Shown piece after piece: positions 1-11,529 of a stretch of DNA of 64,000 nt. The DNA lies in NCBI RefSeq assembly GCF_004010195.1, contig NC_057713.1:21143935-21207934 (forward strand), given 5' to 3'. Positions within the stretch are counted from its first letter, which is position 1. The number at the start of each line of letters is the position of its first letter. Source of the stretch: Chiloscyllium plagiosum (lineage: Eukaryota). A program made the translations under genes and the position numbers. The notes below the pieces were generated by a model that saw nothing but the letters and a program-made list of their open reading frames with translations, ran no database searches and had not been told where the DNA came from.

Positions 1-348
1 GGTGGTGATAGGGAGCAGGGGAGAAGGAGGCAAACTCTCTCTCTCAGAGCAACAAACATGTCTTCCATGCACACAGCATGGCAAAAGGTTCTAACGATGC
101 CTCACTAACTTGAAAGGAAAAATTCAGCTTAGCCTGCCTTACTTTAATGAACCTTCCTTTCTATCAAATACTCCCCAGGGCTGAGAAAGGAAACAGTGGC
201 TGAGAGCCATGCTCCAGATCATCACACAGTGATTCCGACTGGAACTGTGTGCAAATTGACAACATGAGACTTAATTCTGATCTGCCAATATTGTATCTCC
301 AAAATTGCTGTGTGTATGTCCAATGGAACTTATTCTTTCTTCACCTTT

Positions 349-479
349 CCTGATGAAGGGCTTTTTGCCTGAAACGTCAATGTTCCTGCTCCTCGGATAC
401 TGCCTGACCTGCTGTGCTTTTGCAGCACCACTCTAATCTTGACTCTAAACTACAGCATCTGCACGACCCACCTCCGCCT
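349..479 (+). mobile_element. Short Penelope-terminus (pLTR)-derived element, subfamily P1, with hammerhead core
   Basis: Same ~130 bp sequence recurs at 5791, 16126, 23364, 27428 and 55290, and resembles the termini of the PLE remnants at 31893-33060 and 50100-52620. Degenerate flanking duplication tggaacttattc (324-335) / tgaaacttagtc (482-493), 10/12. Confidence 0.85.
350..378 (+). ncRNA. Minimal type-I hammerhead ribozyme core (PLE-associated)
   Basis: CTGATGA-A-GGGC-TTTTT-GCCT-GAAAC-GTC: CUGANGA and GAAA boxes, a 4-bp stem II, and essentially no helix III, as published for minimal PLE hammerheads. Stem I pairing is poor in this copy. Confidence 0.65.
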
Positions 480-620
480 CGTGAAACTTAGTCCCCATAT
501 TCAAAGCTGCAAAAAACTTTCACCTTCCAGACTCTCTGAGGTGGGGCCACTATTAACCACAGTGGGTAACAGGTGGAAATGAAGGAAGCTATGGGCCGAA
601 AGGAACTCATTCCAGGATAA

Positions 621-816
621 AATAATCTAATTTAGGCTATTATAATCCATACTCTATGGTATAATAATCTCTATCATAGGGTACCATAACCTTCATGCCA
701 GACTATATTAATCCATAATCTAGATACAATAAATCAATATCATAGGGTGCTATAACCTACATTGCAAGATGTTATAATCTAAATTCCAAAGCAAAATAAT
801 TGACATCCCAGGCATT
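621..816. repeat. Degenerate 22-bp minisatellite with a 66-bp higher-order unit
   Basis: ATAATC/ATAACC-like motif recurs at about 22-nt spacing (units start at 641, 663, 685, 707, 729, 751, 773, 795). 641-706 resembles 707-772, e.g. tatcatagggt occurs in both. Confidence 0.7.
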
Positions 817-1343
817 ATTAAGACCTCACTGATCTTTAAATTATTTTTATTTTAGTTTATTCTTCTTTCAATTTTGGGTTGGAGTTGTGAACTGAGGACT
901 GACTTTGGAAGATGAGCAGCAGCTTGTGTTAAAAACAACAAAAAAAAACAACAATCTGTAGTAGCTTGTGAGGTCAAGACTGGAAGTTAATTGCAGGTTT
1001 GAACTTGATCAAAAGATTCTCTAGATGATTTGTCATTGAGGAAGAATTGATAGCAGATGTTGGGCATTAACATCTGTACCTGGGAATTGGTTCTAGCAAG
1101 TTTGGAAGAGACCCCATGCTGCAGAAGCTGGTGGATGTTGAACAGTAACTGGGATCTCAGGGAAGATGGTCAGTCTGTCAGGGAAAGCCATAGTCTTAAC
1201 TTAGGTTTTGGACTGTATTTTCTGGGAGAAGGAGCATTTATGTTGATGCCAAGATTTTAAGATTTGTAAGCTCCTGCCAAACCTCCCATTCTCAGACATT
1301 GGAAGTTCAAAGAATAGAAACTAAGTTATAAGTATTACCAACT

Positions 1344-1470
1344 TATGAGGCACGACCTGCCCTTTGTGAAGGGCAGGTCGTGCCTCACAAACCTTATTGA
1401 ATTCTTTGAAAAGGTGACGAAGGAGGTTGATGAGGGGAAAGCGGTAGATGTGGTGTATATGGATTTTAGT
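1344..1470 (+). mobile_element. Young internal CR1 ORF2 (RT) fragment with 5' fold-back and 22-bp target duplication
   Basis: 1363-1470 reads FVKGRSCLTNLIEFFEKVTKEVDEGKAVDVVYMDFS with no stops. Perfect 19-bp inverted repeat 1346-1364/1369-1387. Perfect direct repeat taagttataagtattaccaact at 1322-1343 and 1471-1492. Confidence 0.9.
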
Positions 1471-1904
1471 TAAGTTATAAGTATTACCAACTCCCTCTGA
1501 GTGAGCTTAAAAGGTGGTCCTAATTGAAATCTTCAGAAAATCAACCAAGAAATAATCATATATGCCTGTGGAACAATACATCATTAAAATCACTTCAGTA
1601 ATCAGCCAGTTTTTATATTTTCTTTTATTTATCCTTTAACTATGTTTGTTTGTCTGTCTTTTATGTAAATCATTGCAAATAGAGGGTTATTTTTAAACAT
1701 AGCCTTCAATGAGAATACTTTGCTGTTTATTTTTCTTTGCTAAAGTTACTACATTGTTAATAAATGGCTAAGTATTTATTTAAATGACAAGTTGGTGTTG
1801 AAAATAGATTATTGGTGAATTCTGGGATTGGTTAATTAAAATAAAAAGTCTGGTTGGTCACCTTGGGGTCAATTTTGAGGGTCTTTGAAGATTTTAATTT
1901 TTCT

Positions 1905-2650
1905 GTGTTGTGAATTGGTTCGCAGACAGGAAGAAAAGAGCAGGGCCATTTTCAGAATTGAAGGCAATGACAATTAGGATACCACAGTTTTTGGACTCTA
2001 GCTATTCACAATATGGATCAATGATTTGGATGTGGGAATCATATGTAATATTTCCAAGTTTGTTTATGACACAAAATCAGAAAGAATTGCAAGTGGTGAT
2101 GTAGAGTCCTCAGGATGATTTTGATAAGTTGATTGAGTGGGTAAATGTGTAGCAAGTGCCGTATAACATCGATAAGTATGAGGTTGTCTATCTCAGTATG
2201 AAAAACAGATGACAGAGTACTATTTGAATGGTGATAGATTGGAAATAGTTCAAATACAAATGGACCTGTGTGTCCTTGTACAGCATTCACAGAAAGTAAT
2301 CTGCTACAAGCAGCTAGAAAGACAAATGGTATGTTGGCACTCATTGCAAGAGGGATTGAGTACATGAGCATGAAGTCTTACTAAAGCTGTACAGGGTCTT
2401 GGTGAGGTCATACATTTGTATTCTGTGCAATTTTGTTTTCCACACCGAAGAAAAGATCTACTTGTCAAAGATGAGTCATTGAGTATATTCAAGGCTGAGA
2501 TGCAGTTATTTATAATCAGTAAGGGATTCAAGGCTTATGATGAAAATCCAAAAAAAGTGGAGTTGAGGATTATCAGTCATGATCTGATGAAGTGGAAAGG
2601 TGGACTAGATAGGCTGAATGGACTGCTTTTGCTCATACATCTTATGGAGG
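1905..2650 (+). mobile_element. CR1 LINE, decayed RT region joined to 3' tail (internally deleted)
   Basis: Decayed INDLD..ISKF(A)DDTK-like coding at ~2015-2075 and CR1 3' UTR motifs near 2580-2645. Confidence 0.8.
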
Positions 2651-2727
2651 GAGTTCAATAAAGATTCACTAGACTGCTGGAAGATTTGACATATAAAGAG
2701 CAACTGAGCCGACAGGGCCTTTACTCA

Positions 2728-3145
2728 TAGAGTAATAGAGTCATACAACATGGAAATAGACCTTTGGTTCAATCAGCCCATATTAACCATAATCCCAGAT
2801 TAGTCTCACCTGGCTCATATCCCTCCAAACGTTTCTCATTCGTACTTATCCAAATATCTTTGAAGTGTTGTAACTGTACCTGCATCCACCACTTCCTCTG
2901 GAAGTTTATGCCGCAAATGATCCACTCTGTGAGTAAAAAAGTTGTCTATCATTCTTTAAATCTTCGTCTTCTCGTCTGAAATATTGCCCCTTAGTCTTGA
3001 AATCCTCCAGCCTGATGAAAGGCTGCCTGACCTTCATCTTATTTATGTCTCTCATGATTTTATAAATCTCCAAAAGATCACCCCTCAAACTCCTGCACTC
3101 CAGTGAAACAAATACCAGTCTATCTAGTCTCTCCTTATAATGCAA
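2728..3145 (-). mobile_element. CR1 (HER1-like) LINE 3' end
   Basis: ORF 2906..3259(-) contains YKERLDRL..SLE.R.LRGDLLEIYKIMR, the CR1 ORF2 C-terminus. The tail (tagagtcata) lies at the left end. Confidence 0.85.
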
Positions 3146-3149
3146 ACTG

Positions 3150-3500
3150 GAGTTCAGAAGAAAAAGAGGAGATTTCATTGAAGTGTATGAAATTCTGACA
3201 GGGCTCGACACACTGGATGCAGGAACAATGCTTTCCCTAGCCAGTGCAGTCCAGAACAAGGAATGGTGGTCTCAGGAGAAGCAGTAAGCCATTTCAAACT
3301 GAGAGCAAGAGATTGACCCAGTGGCATTCTCTACCACAAAAGACTATAGAGGCCATGTCAGTAAACATATTTTAAAAATGCAATAAATAGATATCTTGAA
3401 GTTAACAGTGTCGAGGGATACGGATGTAAAATGGAAGCATAGCATTTGTACAGTGAATCAGTCATGATCATGTTGAATGACAGGGCATATCATAGAAGCC
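3150..3500 (+). mobile_element. CR1 LINE 3' end fragment
   Basis: RGDFIEVYEILTGLD-like coding followed by CR1 3' UTR (atcagtcatgatcatgttgaatg). Confidence 0.8.
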
Positions 3501-3509
3501 ATACATCCA

Positions 3510-3730
3510 AACAGAATCCAGGTCCGCACCAAACACATCCCACTCAGATCCATCCCCCTATCCAGTATGGGGCTTTTTAACATGGCAAACCCACACCTAA
3601 CCTGAACATTCCTGGAAATTGCAGAGCAAGTTGTAGAATGGCCAATCCACCTAACTTGCACATCATTGGACTGTGGGAGGAAACCCATGCAGACACAGAC
3701 ACAGGGAGAATGTACAAATTCCACACAGAG
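3510..3730 (-). mobile_element. HE1-type V-SINE, partial
   Basis: Matches the body of the copies at 15271 and 59687 (ggactgtgggaggaaacc...cacagggagaatgt). Confidence 0.8.
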
Positions 3731-3736
3731 TCCAAA

Positions 3737-3820
3737 CATGTGGTGCTGGAAAAGCACAGCTGGTCAAGCGGCATCCAAGGAGCAGGAGAGCCAATGATTT
3801 GAGCATGAGGGCCTCTGTTA
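3737..3820 (-). mobile_element. Penelope-terminus-derived fragment (P1)
   Basis: tgtggtgctggaaaagcacagctggtcaagcggcatccaaggagcaggag is homologous to the other P1 copies. Confidence 0.75.
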
Positions 3821-4126
3821 AGTCTGGGGCTGGCAAATAGGCAGCAGCCTGTACTATTGTTATGGAGATGAGAGGAGAAATTCCTGCTTTTCCTGGTTGC
3901 ATATTGATTAAAACAAAGGAAACCTTTCCTTGCTGCTTCTTTGAGCATCTCCATCTCTAGTTGTTTTCTGTTGAGGACTGCTATGAAGTTCACACAGCAC
4001 AAATTTCTGAAGAATCTGGCAAATGACTCCTGATACAGACTGAAGACTTCATGTGAAACATAAAAATATGAGTACAATGCTGATTTCAGGCCTCCTTCAA
4101 CATAAGAATATTGAAGATGTATTGAT

Positions 4127-4353
4127 TGTAATGAGGTCAACCAGGTGTACCTGATAGGATATGAGTAACCTAATTGGGGCTGTTAATCTGGTCCAATCAG
4201 GGAGCCCTGGCTGACAGACAGAAACAGGAGTGTCAGGCATCCAGTTCACTCTGAGAGTTGGCTATGAGGGAGCTGGATCAGTACCAAGGAGTTTCCAAGT
4301 GTATATGAAGGGTTACTTGGTGATGGGATACAGACCTCTGTGGAGTTATTTCA
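4127..4353 (+). mobile_element. Short solo LTR (probably Gypsy-type)
   Basis: TG...CA termini (tgtaatgagg ... gttatttca), 227 bp, internal CCAAT. Resembles a common shark LTR as I recall it. No TSD seen. Confidence 0.6.
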
Positions 4354-4359
4354 AAAGGC

Positions 4360-4820
4360 ATTCAGAAGAGGTTTGTTAACCTGGTTTGAGTAGATGAGTA
4401 AAGATTAGGTAGCCTGCACCTGTATCCTCTAAAGTTTAGAAGGGTCAGAGGTCTATTGAAGCATAAGATCCTGTGGAGACTTGATTAGGTGAATGCTGAA
4501 AATATGGGAGAGTGTAGTACTAGGTGTCATAGTTTAAAACTAAGGGGTCAGCCATATAAAGGAGAGATAAAAAAATATTCCTTTCTTCTCAGGAGGTTGA
4601 GAGTCTTTGGAATTCCTTTCCTCAAAACATAATGAAAGTAGAATATCTCAATATTTTTAAAACAGAGATAGATAGATTCTTGATTACAAAGGGGATGAAA
4701 GATTATTGGTAATATGCAGGAATGTAGCATTGACGTTAAAATCGGATCAGCCATGATCTTATTGAATGGTGGGTCAGTTCTGAAGGACCAATAGGCTACT
4801 CCTGTTCCTTGTTTGTATGG
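4360..4820 (+). mobile_element. CR1 LINE 3' end
   Basis: Decayed ORF2 C-terminus plus 3' UTR ending gatcagccatgatcttattgaatggt...ctactcctgttcct. Confidence 0.85.
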
Positions 4821-5170
4821 AAGACTGATGTGGTGGCCATATTTTCAGCATATATTAAACTCTGGATGTTGTAATATTAAAAAAAATGTGAAATGTGTTT
4901 AACCAATGTCTGAATAAGGCAAAAAAACTTTCTATATCACGATCTGTCTTTCAAATGAACTGAAGCTTATGGCATTGCAAATCATCTCTCCACTTTTTTA
5001 CTTAAAGTAAGCAATGTAATATTTAATAAGTATTCACTGTTTGTTTTGTTATCGCATCAGTATCAGTGGTGATAATCTTATTAATATTAATGCAACCCAA
5101 AGGGTCTTATTAATATTCATTTCCATCAGCTATTTTCAACGGTGCAGGCAATATGCAAACATCAACTTTC

Positions 5171-5501
5171 AAACCACTTCACTGTGAGCTAAGCGAAAGT
5201 AAGACCATATTGTCAGGTTCTAGATAATTACGCAATGACTCGTCTTATCATTGTAACACTTCTACCGCAACATCACACAACATGGATGCTTCAACACCTT
5301 CATGGTGAAGAGGAAAGTCAGTGTTACTTGACCTTTCCTTCATCAATAGAGAGAATATATCAAACTGTTTTGGTGTGCAGAATTCTCTACGTGCAATTTG
5401 AATGCAGTCACTTTGATAAAAGGAAAGGTGACATTTCCAATCAATTCACACTTGCATAAAATAAAGCATTCAATGTGTCAATCTTTCTGTCCTTACACAT
5501 T
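5171..5501 (+). repeat. 331-bp local direct duplication, copy 1
   Basis: Aligns without gaps to 6223-6553 (offset 1052), about 16 mismatches by hand count. Confidence 0.95.
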
Positions 5502-5790
5502 CAACTGAAGCAGCATCCCAGAAACAATGACCATGTTTGTGGCAAAACATGACATATTTTGACAAGCATCTTCACCAAATGCCAGCTCTGATGAAATGTC
5601 ACTGGCATAAACATTGAACAGCATTTTTGCATTTGGGACTTCAATATCTAAAACATACAGACAGCCCAAAGCAGACCACAGGAGCCATTTTCTGTGAGAA
5701 GATCCCATAGTTGGCCACCTCAAGATTGCCACCTTATTAAGGATCTTAGGTGATCTCCCAATGTTTCTCACGTGTTGACAATTCTGGACC

Positions 5791-5929
5791 CTAGGCGAAA
5801 GTGAGGACTGCAGATGCTGGAGATTAGAGTCGAAAGTGTGGTGCTGGAAAAGCACAGCAGGTTAGGCAGCATCCGAGGATGCTCCTTGGTTGCTGCCTGA
5901 CATGCTGTGCTTTTCCACCACCACACTCT
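5791..5929 (-). mobile_element. P1 Penelope-terminus element with fold-back and 12-bp TSD
   Basis: Inverted arms around ~5880. Direct repeat caattctggacc at 5779-5790 and 5930-5941. Confidence 0.9.
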
Positions 5930-6222
5930 CAATTCTGGACCACTGCAGCCTGCTCAGAAAAATAGGACAATTCGAGGGCTCCTCAAAACAGAGGCAAACT
6001 CATGGGGGTGGGGAATCTTGATCAAACACTTCAGTGAGAAGCTGGAAGTGAAGATCTACCTGAGGCATTCTGGGGACCACAGGTGTAGCCTTCCATTCCG
6101 GTGGTCCATCTTTCAAGCAAGGGAACTCCAGCTGCTGCAGCCCCACACTCTGCTGCTGACAGGCCATTTCCATTGAGATGGCACGCTTCCCATGTGAAAG
6201 GAGCACCAAGCCACCAAATGCA

Positions 6223-6553
6223 AAACCGCTTCACTGTGAGCTAAGAGAAAGTAAGACCATATTGTAAGGTTCTAGATAATTACGCAGCGACTAGTCTTAT
6301 CATTGTAACACTTCTATCGCAACATCACACAACATGGATGCTTCGACACCTTCATAGTGAAGAGGAAAGTCAGTATTACTTGACCTTTCCTTCATCAATA
6401 GAGAGAATATATCAAACTGTTTTGGTGTGCAGAATTCTCTACGTGCAATTCAAATGCAGTCAGTTTGATAAAAGGAAAGTTGATATTTCCAATCAATTCG
6501 CACTTGCATAAAATAAAGCATTCAATGTGTCAATCTTTCTGTCCTTACACATT
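6223..6553 (+). repeat. 331-bp local direct duplication, copy 2
   Basis: About 95% identical to 5171-5501. Confidence 0.95.
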
Positions 6554-6814
6554 GCAGGATCTCTGAATTTCCCCAAATGTGTTAACAACTCCAATGTCAG
6601 TCCACATCCTGTGCAGCCAATTCACATTCCAACCCACCTCTCAGAAACTTCCCCAGTGAGGTGCAGAAGATCTATAATCGGAGAGGGGGTCAGTGAGGAA
6701 CTCTGAAAGGACACTGACAAGGTGGTGAGGTGGGTGGATGTGGTTTATGCAGAAAACTGTGAGGGAAAGTACCTTGATCAGAAGAAATTGAAAGACAATA
6801 TAAAATAGGCAATG

Positions 6815-8045
6815 CAATTCTAAATGGTGGTGGATGATTCAACAACCAACTGGAGGAGAGGTTTCCATAAACAGCCCCATCCTCAATGATGGACGAGCCC
6901 AGCACATCAATGCAAAAGGTAAGGCTGAAATATTTGCAGCAATCTTCAGCCAGAAGTGCTGAGCACATGATCCATCTTGGCCTCCTCCAGTGGTGCCCAG
7001 CATCATAGATAGCAGTCTTCAGCCATGGATACAAGAAATGGTTGAATCAGCAGATACTGAAAAGACTATGGGTCCTGACAACATTCCAACAATAGTACTA
7101 AAGACTTGTGTTCCAGGACTTGCCACCCACTCCCTGCCAAGTTATTCCAATACAGTTACAGCACTAATATCTAGCAGACAATATTAAAAATTTCTCAGCT
7201 ATATACGAAAAGCAGGACAAATCCAAACCTTCCAATTGTTGCCCCATCAGTGTACTCTCCCTCATTAGTAAAGTGATGGAAAGGGTCATCAACAGTGCTA
7301 TCAAGCAACACCTGCTCAGCAAGAACCTGCTAGGTGATGCCCAGTTTGGGATCTGTCAGGGTCACTCAGCTCCTGACCTCATTACAGCCTTGGTTCAAAC
7401 ATGGACAAAAGAGTTGAATTCCAGAGTTGAGGTGATATCAAGGCCATATTTGATTGAGCATGGCATTGAGGAGCCTGAGAAAAACTGGAATCAATGCGTT
7501 ACGGGGGGCAAACTCTCCACTGGTTGGAGTCATACTTGGGACATATGAAGATGGTTGTTGTTTTTGCAGATCAGTCATCTTAGCTCCAGGACATCTCTGC
7601 AGGAGTTCCTCAGGGTAGTGTCCTGGGCCCAACCATCTTCATCTGCTTCATCAATGACCTTCCTTCCATCAGAAGTGGGTATGTTAACTGATGATTACAC
7701 AAGGTTCAGTACCATTCAGGAACTCCTCAGATACTGAAACAGTCCATGTTCAAATAAAACAAGATATGGACAATATCTAGGCTTGGGTTGTCAAGTGCCA
7801 AAGAACATTTGCATCACATAAGTGTCAGGCAATGATCGTTTTCAATAAGAGAATATCTAAGCACCATTCTTTCACTGTCGCTGGGTCAAAATCCTGGAAT
7901 TACCTATGTAAGAGCATTGCGCGTTTATCTACAGTAGGTGGACTGCAGTAATTCAAAAGACTCAACACCACCTTCTCAAGAGCAACTAGGAATGGACAAT
8001 TAATGCTGCCCCAACCAGCAATGCCCACATTTCACAAGTTAATAT
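6815..8045 (+). mobile_element. CR1/L2-group LINE ('family B'), RT region plus 3' tail, decayed
   Basis: KTMGPDNIPTIVLKTC; VINSAIKQHLLSKNLLGDAQFG..GHSAPDLITALVQTWTKEL; AGVPQGSVLGPTIF; GMLTDDY (RT YADD-equivalent). The 3' tail at ~7965-8045 is shared with SINE family B. Confidence 0.9.
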
Positions 8046-8064
8046 ATAAACATATACAATTCCT

Positions 8065-8325
8065 GAAGATGTGCAAGAACAGAGATGTATGTGTGCTTAG
8101 ATCATTTTCTCACAGAGGTGTTAGTGGACGAAATGCACTGGCAGGAAATGTGATGAAGGTAGGTTTGATTAAGGCATTCAAGAGGTCATTGGATGATAAT
8201 TTGAATTGAAATGGTGCATAAAGATTGGGAAAAGACCAGTGATTGGTATTAGGTAACAGAACCAGTGCAGGCACAATGGGCCAAGCACTCTCCTTCCGTG
8301 CCATAACAGTTCTATGGTTCTGTGA
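8065..8325 (+). mobile_element. CR1 LINE 3' end fragment
   Basis: RGVSGRNALAGNVMKVGLIKAFKRSLD is the CR1 ORF2 end; tail ttctatggttctgtg. Confidence 0.75.
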
Positions 8326-9034
8326 ATCAGTAGGAGGGAGGCTTTCTAATGTAGCCACTGACTCTTTTCCCAACTCCACCAACTCCACCAAAGCTGGGAA
8401 AATTCTGCTCATTAGCTTTGTTCCCAACAAACAGAGCTGCTTGCTGGTTGAGAACAGATTTTGAGCATTCTCTGTTTATATTCCTAATATCCAGCATCTG
8501 CCTTTGGGCACATAATCCTGGCAATTTGATCTTTCTGTTTCTCTGAAGTTCAGCTAATGTGGAACAAAATTAATATTTTGTTATCACCCGTGATAATAAA
8601 GTTTTAAATTAATCTGAACATGTCAGTTGTTTCAAAGGATGATATTTATTTGGTCATAAAAACTCAATTTGTCTGAGAAAACACAGTGGTAGGCCAAAGC
8701 TTACAGAGTTAAAAGCTGAGATAAATCATCAGCTTGGATTTTGTGGTGATGACAGCAAAAGTGTCAGTGACTGATCTTATTACTCTGCTAAAATTGGCAG
8801 CAACTTGAAAATCTACACCTGAACAGTTAAGCCCAAGAATCCAGAACTTGCTGTTCATGATTCCATATTTCCCCAAAGTGTGCTCTATTGAAGTGTCAAA
8901 AACTGCAATCAATTTTAAATCCCTGAATTGACTTAACCCTTTTATGCTGATGTTAGTGAATAAGGTGTAATTTGATTAAATCTTACATCAAATGCATAAT
9001 TATTGTTACTCACAGTCTCACGGTTTCAGGTGAC

Positions 9035-9520
9035 CCCAATTGGCGGCGTAGTAGACAGTCAAGAAGGTTATCTATGATTTCAAAGGGATCTTGATCAATT
9101 GGGCCAAAGGGCCAAAGAGTGGCAGAATGAGTTCAAATGTGATATGTTGTATTTCGATAAGACAAACCAGAGCAGGACTGACACAGTTAATGGAAGGGCC
9201 CTGGGGAGTGTTGTGGAATAGAGGGCCCTAGTGTTTCAGAAACGTAGGCTTGGCTATTTAGAAATGTTGAACAAATTTACTAAAATTTATTGAGGATATA
9301 GAATAGATTAGGGAGAACTAGTAGATGTGGTGTATTTGATTTTAAGAAGGATTTTGATAAGGTCCCTCCATAAGATGGTTAAGTGGAAAGGTTTATAGAA
9401 TATGGGATAGGGAGTAATGTATTGATGTTGATCAAAAATAATTGACAGACCAGAAACAGAGTGGGAAGAAGTGGATCCATTTTCAGATGACAGGCCGTGA
9501 CTAGTATCATTTACAGGATG
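9035..9520 (+). mobile_element. Two juxtaposed CR1 RT fragments
   Basis: IGGVVDSQEGY..QRDLDQLG-like coding (9040-9240) and GELVDVVY.DF.K.FDKV-like coding (9310-9370). Confidence 0.75.
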
Positions 9521-9579
9521 CAGATTCTGCAGCTTGCATTGCTTTTTTATCATGGAAGGACAGAGAGCTTGATTTTGTG

Positions 9580-10460
9580 AGGAGCTCTCAACATTCAAGG
9601 AGCGGAAATGTTAAAATCAGGCTTTCAACTTGTGCCAGCAACTTACATGGCAATCAATGCATTGGCTTCAAGCAAATAGTCTTATATGAAGATCAAAGGG
9701 AAGCAGTAAATCGTGGGGTGCAGGGGGATCGTAGACAGTCTAAACTGACTGGCACAGTCAGTCAAGGGGCTTATTCAATTCCTCTCCATGAGGCTGGCTA
9801 CCGATAATCTAGCCAGAGGCTGCAGATCCATATCCTTATATTCTGGGGAATGGGCCATAGTCAGTCCTCCAGGTCAAGTGGAATCAGTCCAGGGATGACA
9901 GGTAACTCAGTCAGATTGCTGTGGAGACATCCATTTGGAGGTGAGCCAATACTTCTTGCAATGGCACAAAGGGAGGGTTTGTGTATGATGGGAAGTGGAT
10001 GGAGGAGTGAATATGGGTGATGCACAAGCATGAAAAGAGGCGTCCTCACTAATCGAGCAGGAAATGCACAGAGCAAGAAGGATCAGGAACTCAGCAGGAT
10101 AAGGAGGGTGAAAGCCTTTAAGTCGACATGATGCTTGCAATATTGAGTAGTCCATGAGCAGGAACATGCAGTGGCACAGGTGGACCTGTGAGTGTTAAGC
10201 AGCAGAGATAAGACCGTGGAATTTATTCTTGTGGAGTGCAGAAGATCATTGATTTTCTTCCTATGCTGTTTGGCATGCCTTTTCACCCCAGACATAGAGC
10301 TCACCTGGACTGCAATTTGAATCTAGGCTGGCTTGATCTGGCACAGGGTTCTCCTCCAGTAACCATAACCATTCAGCTCTCAAACACCTGATCCACCAAG
10401 ACCTCCAGGTCCCTATCTGTGAAGCAAGAAAGCAAGCTTCCCTTTCCTCAGGGTCATATC
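9580..10460 (-). pseudogene. Decayed PIF/Harbinger-type Myb/SANT DNA-binding gene (copy A)
   Basis: Minus strand reads MTLRKGK../FTDRDLEVLVDQV...IAVQVSSMSGVKRHAKQHRKKINDLLHSTR, matching the Myb_DNA-bind_5 / NAIF1-MSANTD-like pattern. Stops and frameshifts are present. Confidence 0.7.
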
Positions 10461-10849
10461 TTCATTTTCCAATGTTTGAGCATTGCAGTTTGAGAGATTG
10501 TTCCATCTTACAGTGTCTGAAGTGATGTGCAGCTGGGTTTACATGTGGCTCCAGCAGTGTGAACACCAGAAGGTCCTAGCAGTGGAAAGTAATATCCTCC
10601 CTCTGGCTTCACCATTCCCTGAGGAAGGTGCATGAGGCCAGTTTCATAATTAATGAGGTGCAGAGCAGAAACCTGCTTGAAAATAGTCACATCCAACCCT
10701 GGCAGACTGGGTGTACAAATTGCACACAACGAAACACTACAAATGAAAATAGGAATAGGCACTGTTAGAAGCCTGAAAAAAAATCTCTAGTGTGGTTGCC
10801 AACAATCTGATCTTGCGATCAAATAAGATAACTATTACATAACGCTAAA

Positions 10850-10990
10850 TTTGAAATAAAAACAGAAAGTGCTAGAGAACCTCAACTGGTCTCGCAGCAT
10901 CGATGAAGAAAGAAATGGTGTGAACCTTTTAAATCCAGTATGACCCTTCATCCGATTTCCAGCATCCTCAGTATGTGGTTTTTATTTCAG
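10850..10990. mobile_element. Penelope-terminus-derived element (older subfamily)
   Basis: aaaacagaaagtgctagagaacctca...gacccttcat then ttccagcatcctcagta..ttttattt; homologous to the PLE ends at 31893 and 35300. Confidence 0.7.
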
Positions 10991-11529
10991 CCAAAATGGG
11001 AGATTGGTTTTATATTTTGAGGGCATTTATTATTCGTGTTGGTAAGGTGGTGCTTATGAGAATTTTACTGGCTTGCAGAAGCACGACTGAAAACCTTAAA
11101 TGCAAGCAGTTCCAGCCTTCAGCAGCTTCCCAGCCACTGCACAAAGAAAGAGATGTTTGATAAACCCAACAGTTGATAAAAACTGCTACAAGTTGATACA
11201 CCGGGTGTGTGAAGATTATGGACTGAACAAAAGATTGTTTAAACCTCAGGAAAGGTTATAAGAAAGAACTTTTTTTTACTCAGAAGATTGAAGAACAAAA
11301 CTATGACACAGAAAGAATGAGCTATAAAGTTGAGCTGAATGACAACCATGTGCGACCTTTCACAGAAAATATTTGCAGCGTTCTGTGAGTACATTGTCTG
11401 CCTCAACAAATTGTGCATATTTGAATCATGAGTCCACGGCCCTCATTTCTTGTATGCAGACAATGTACACCAGCCTGAGACTATCATATTTCTGGCATAA
11501 AAGATACTCACCTGCTTTTAGAAAGAGAG

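Noticed and set aside
621-816. CRISPR-like array
   Set aside because: No identical repeats with unique spacers, vertebrate context, no cas genes.
870-1900. Possible solo LTR hosting the 1344-1470 insertion
   Set aside because: Composition is suggestive, but I could not define TG..CA ends or a TSD.
3577-4140. Longest ORF (187 aa)
   Set aside because: It runs across an LTR edge, unique sequence, a P1 fragment and an HE1 SINE, so it is a chance open frame.
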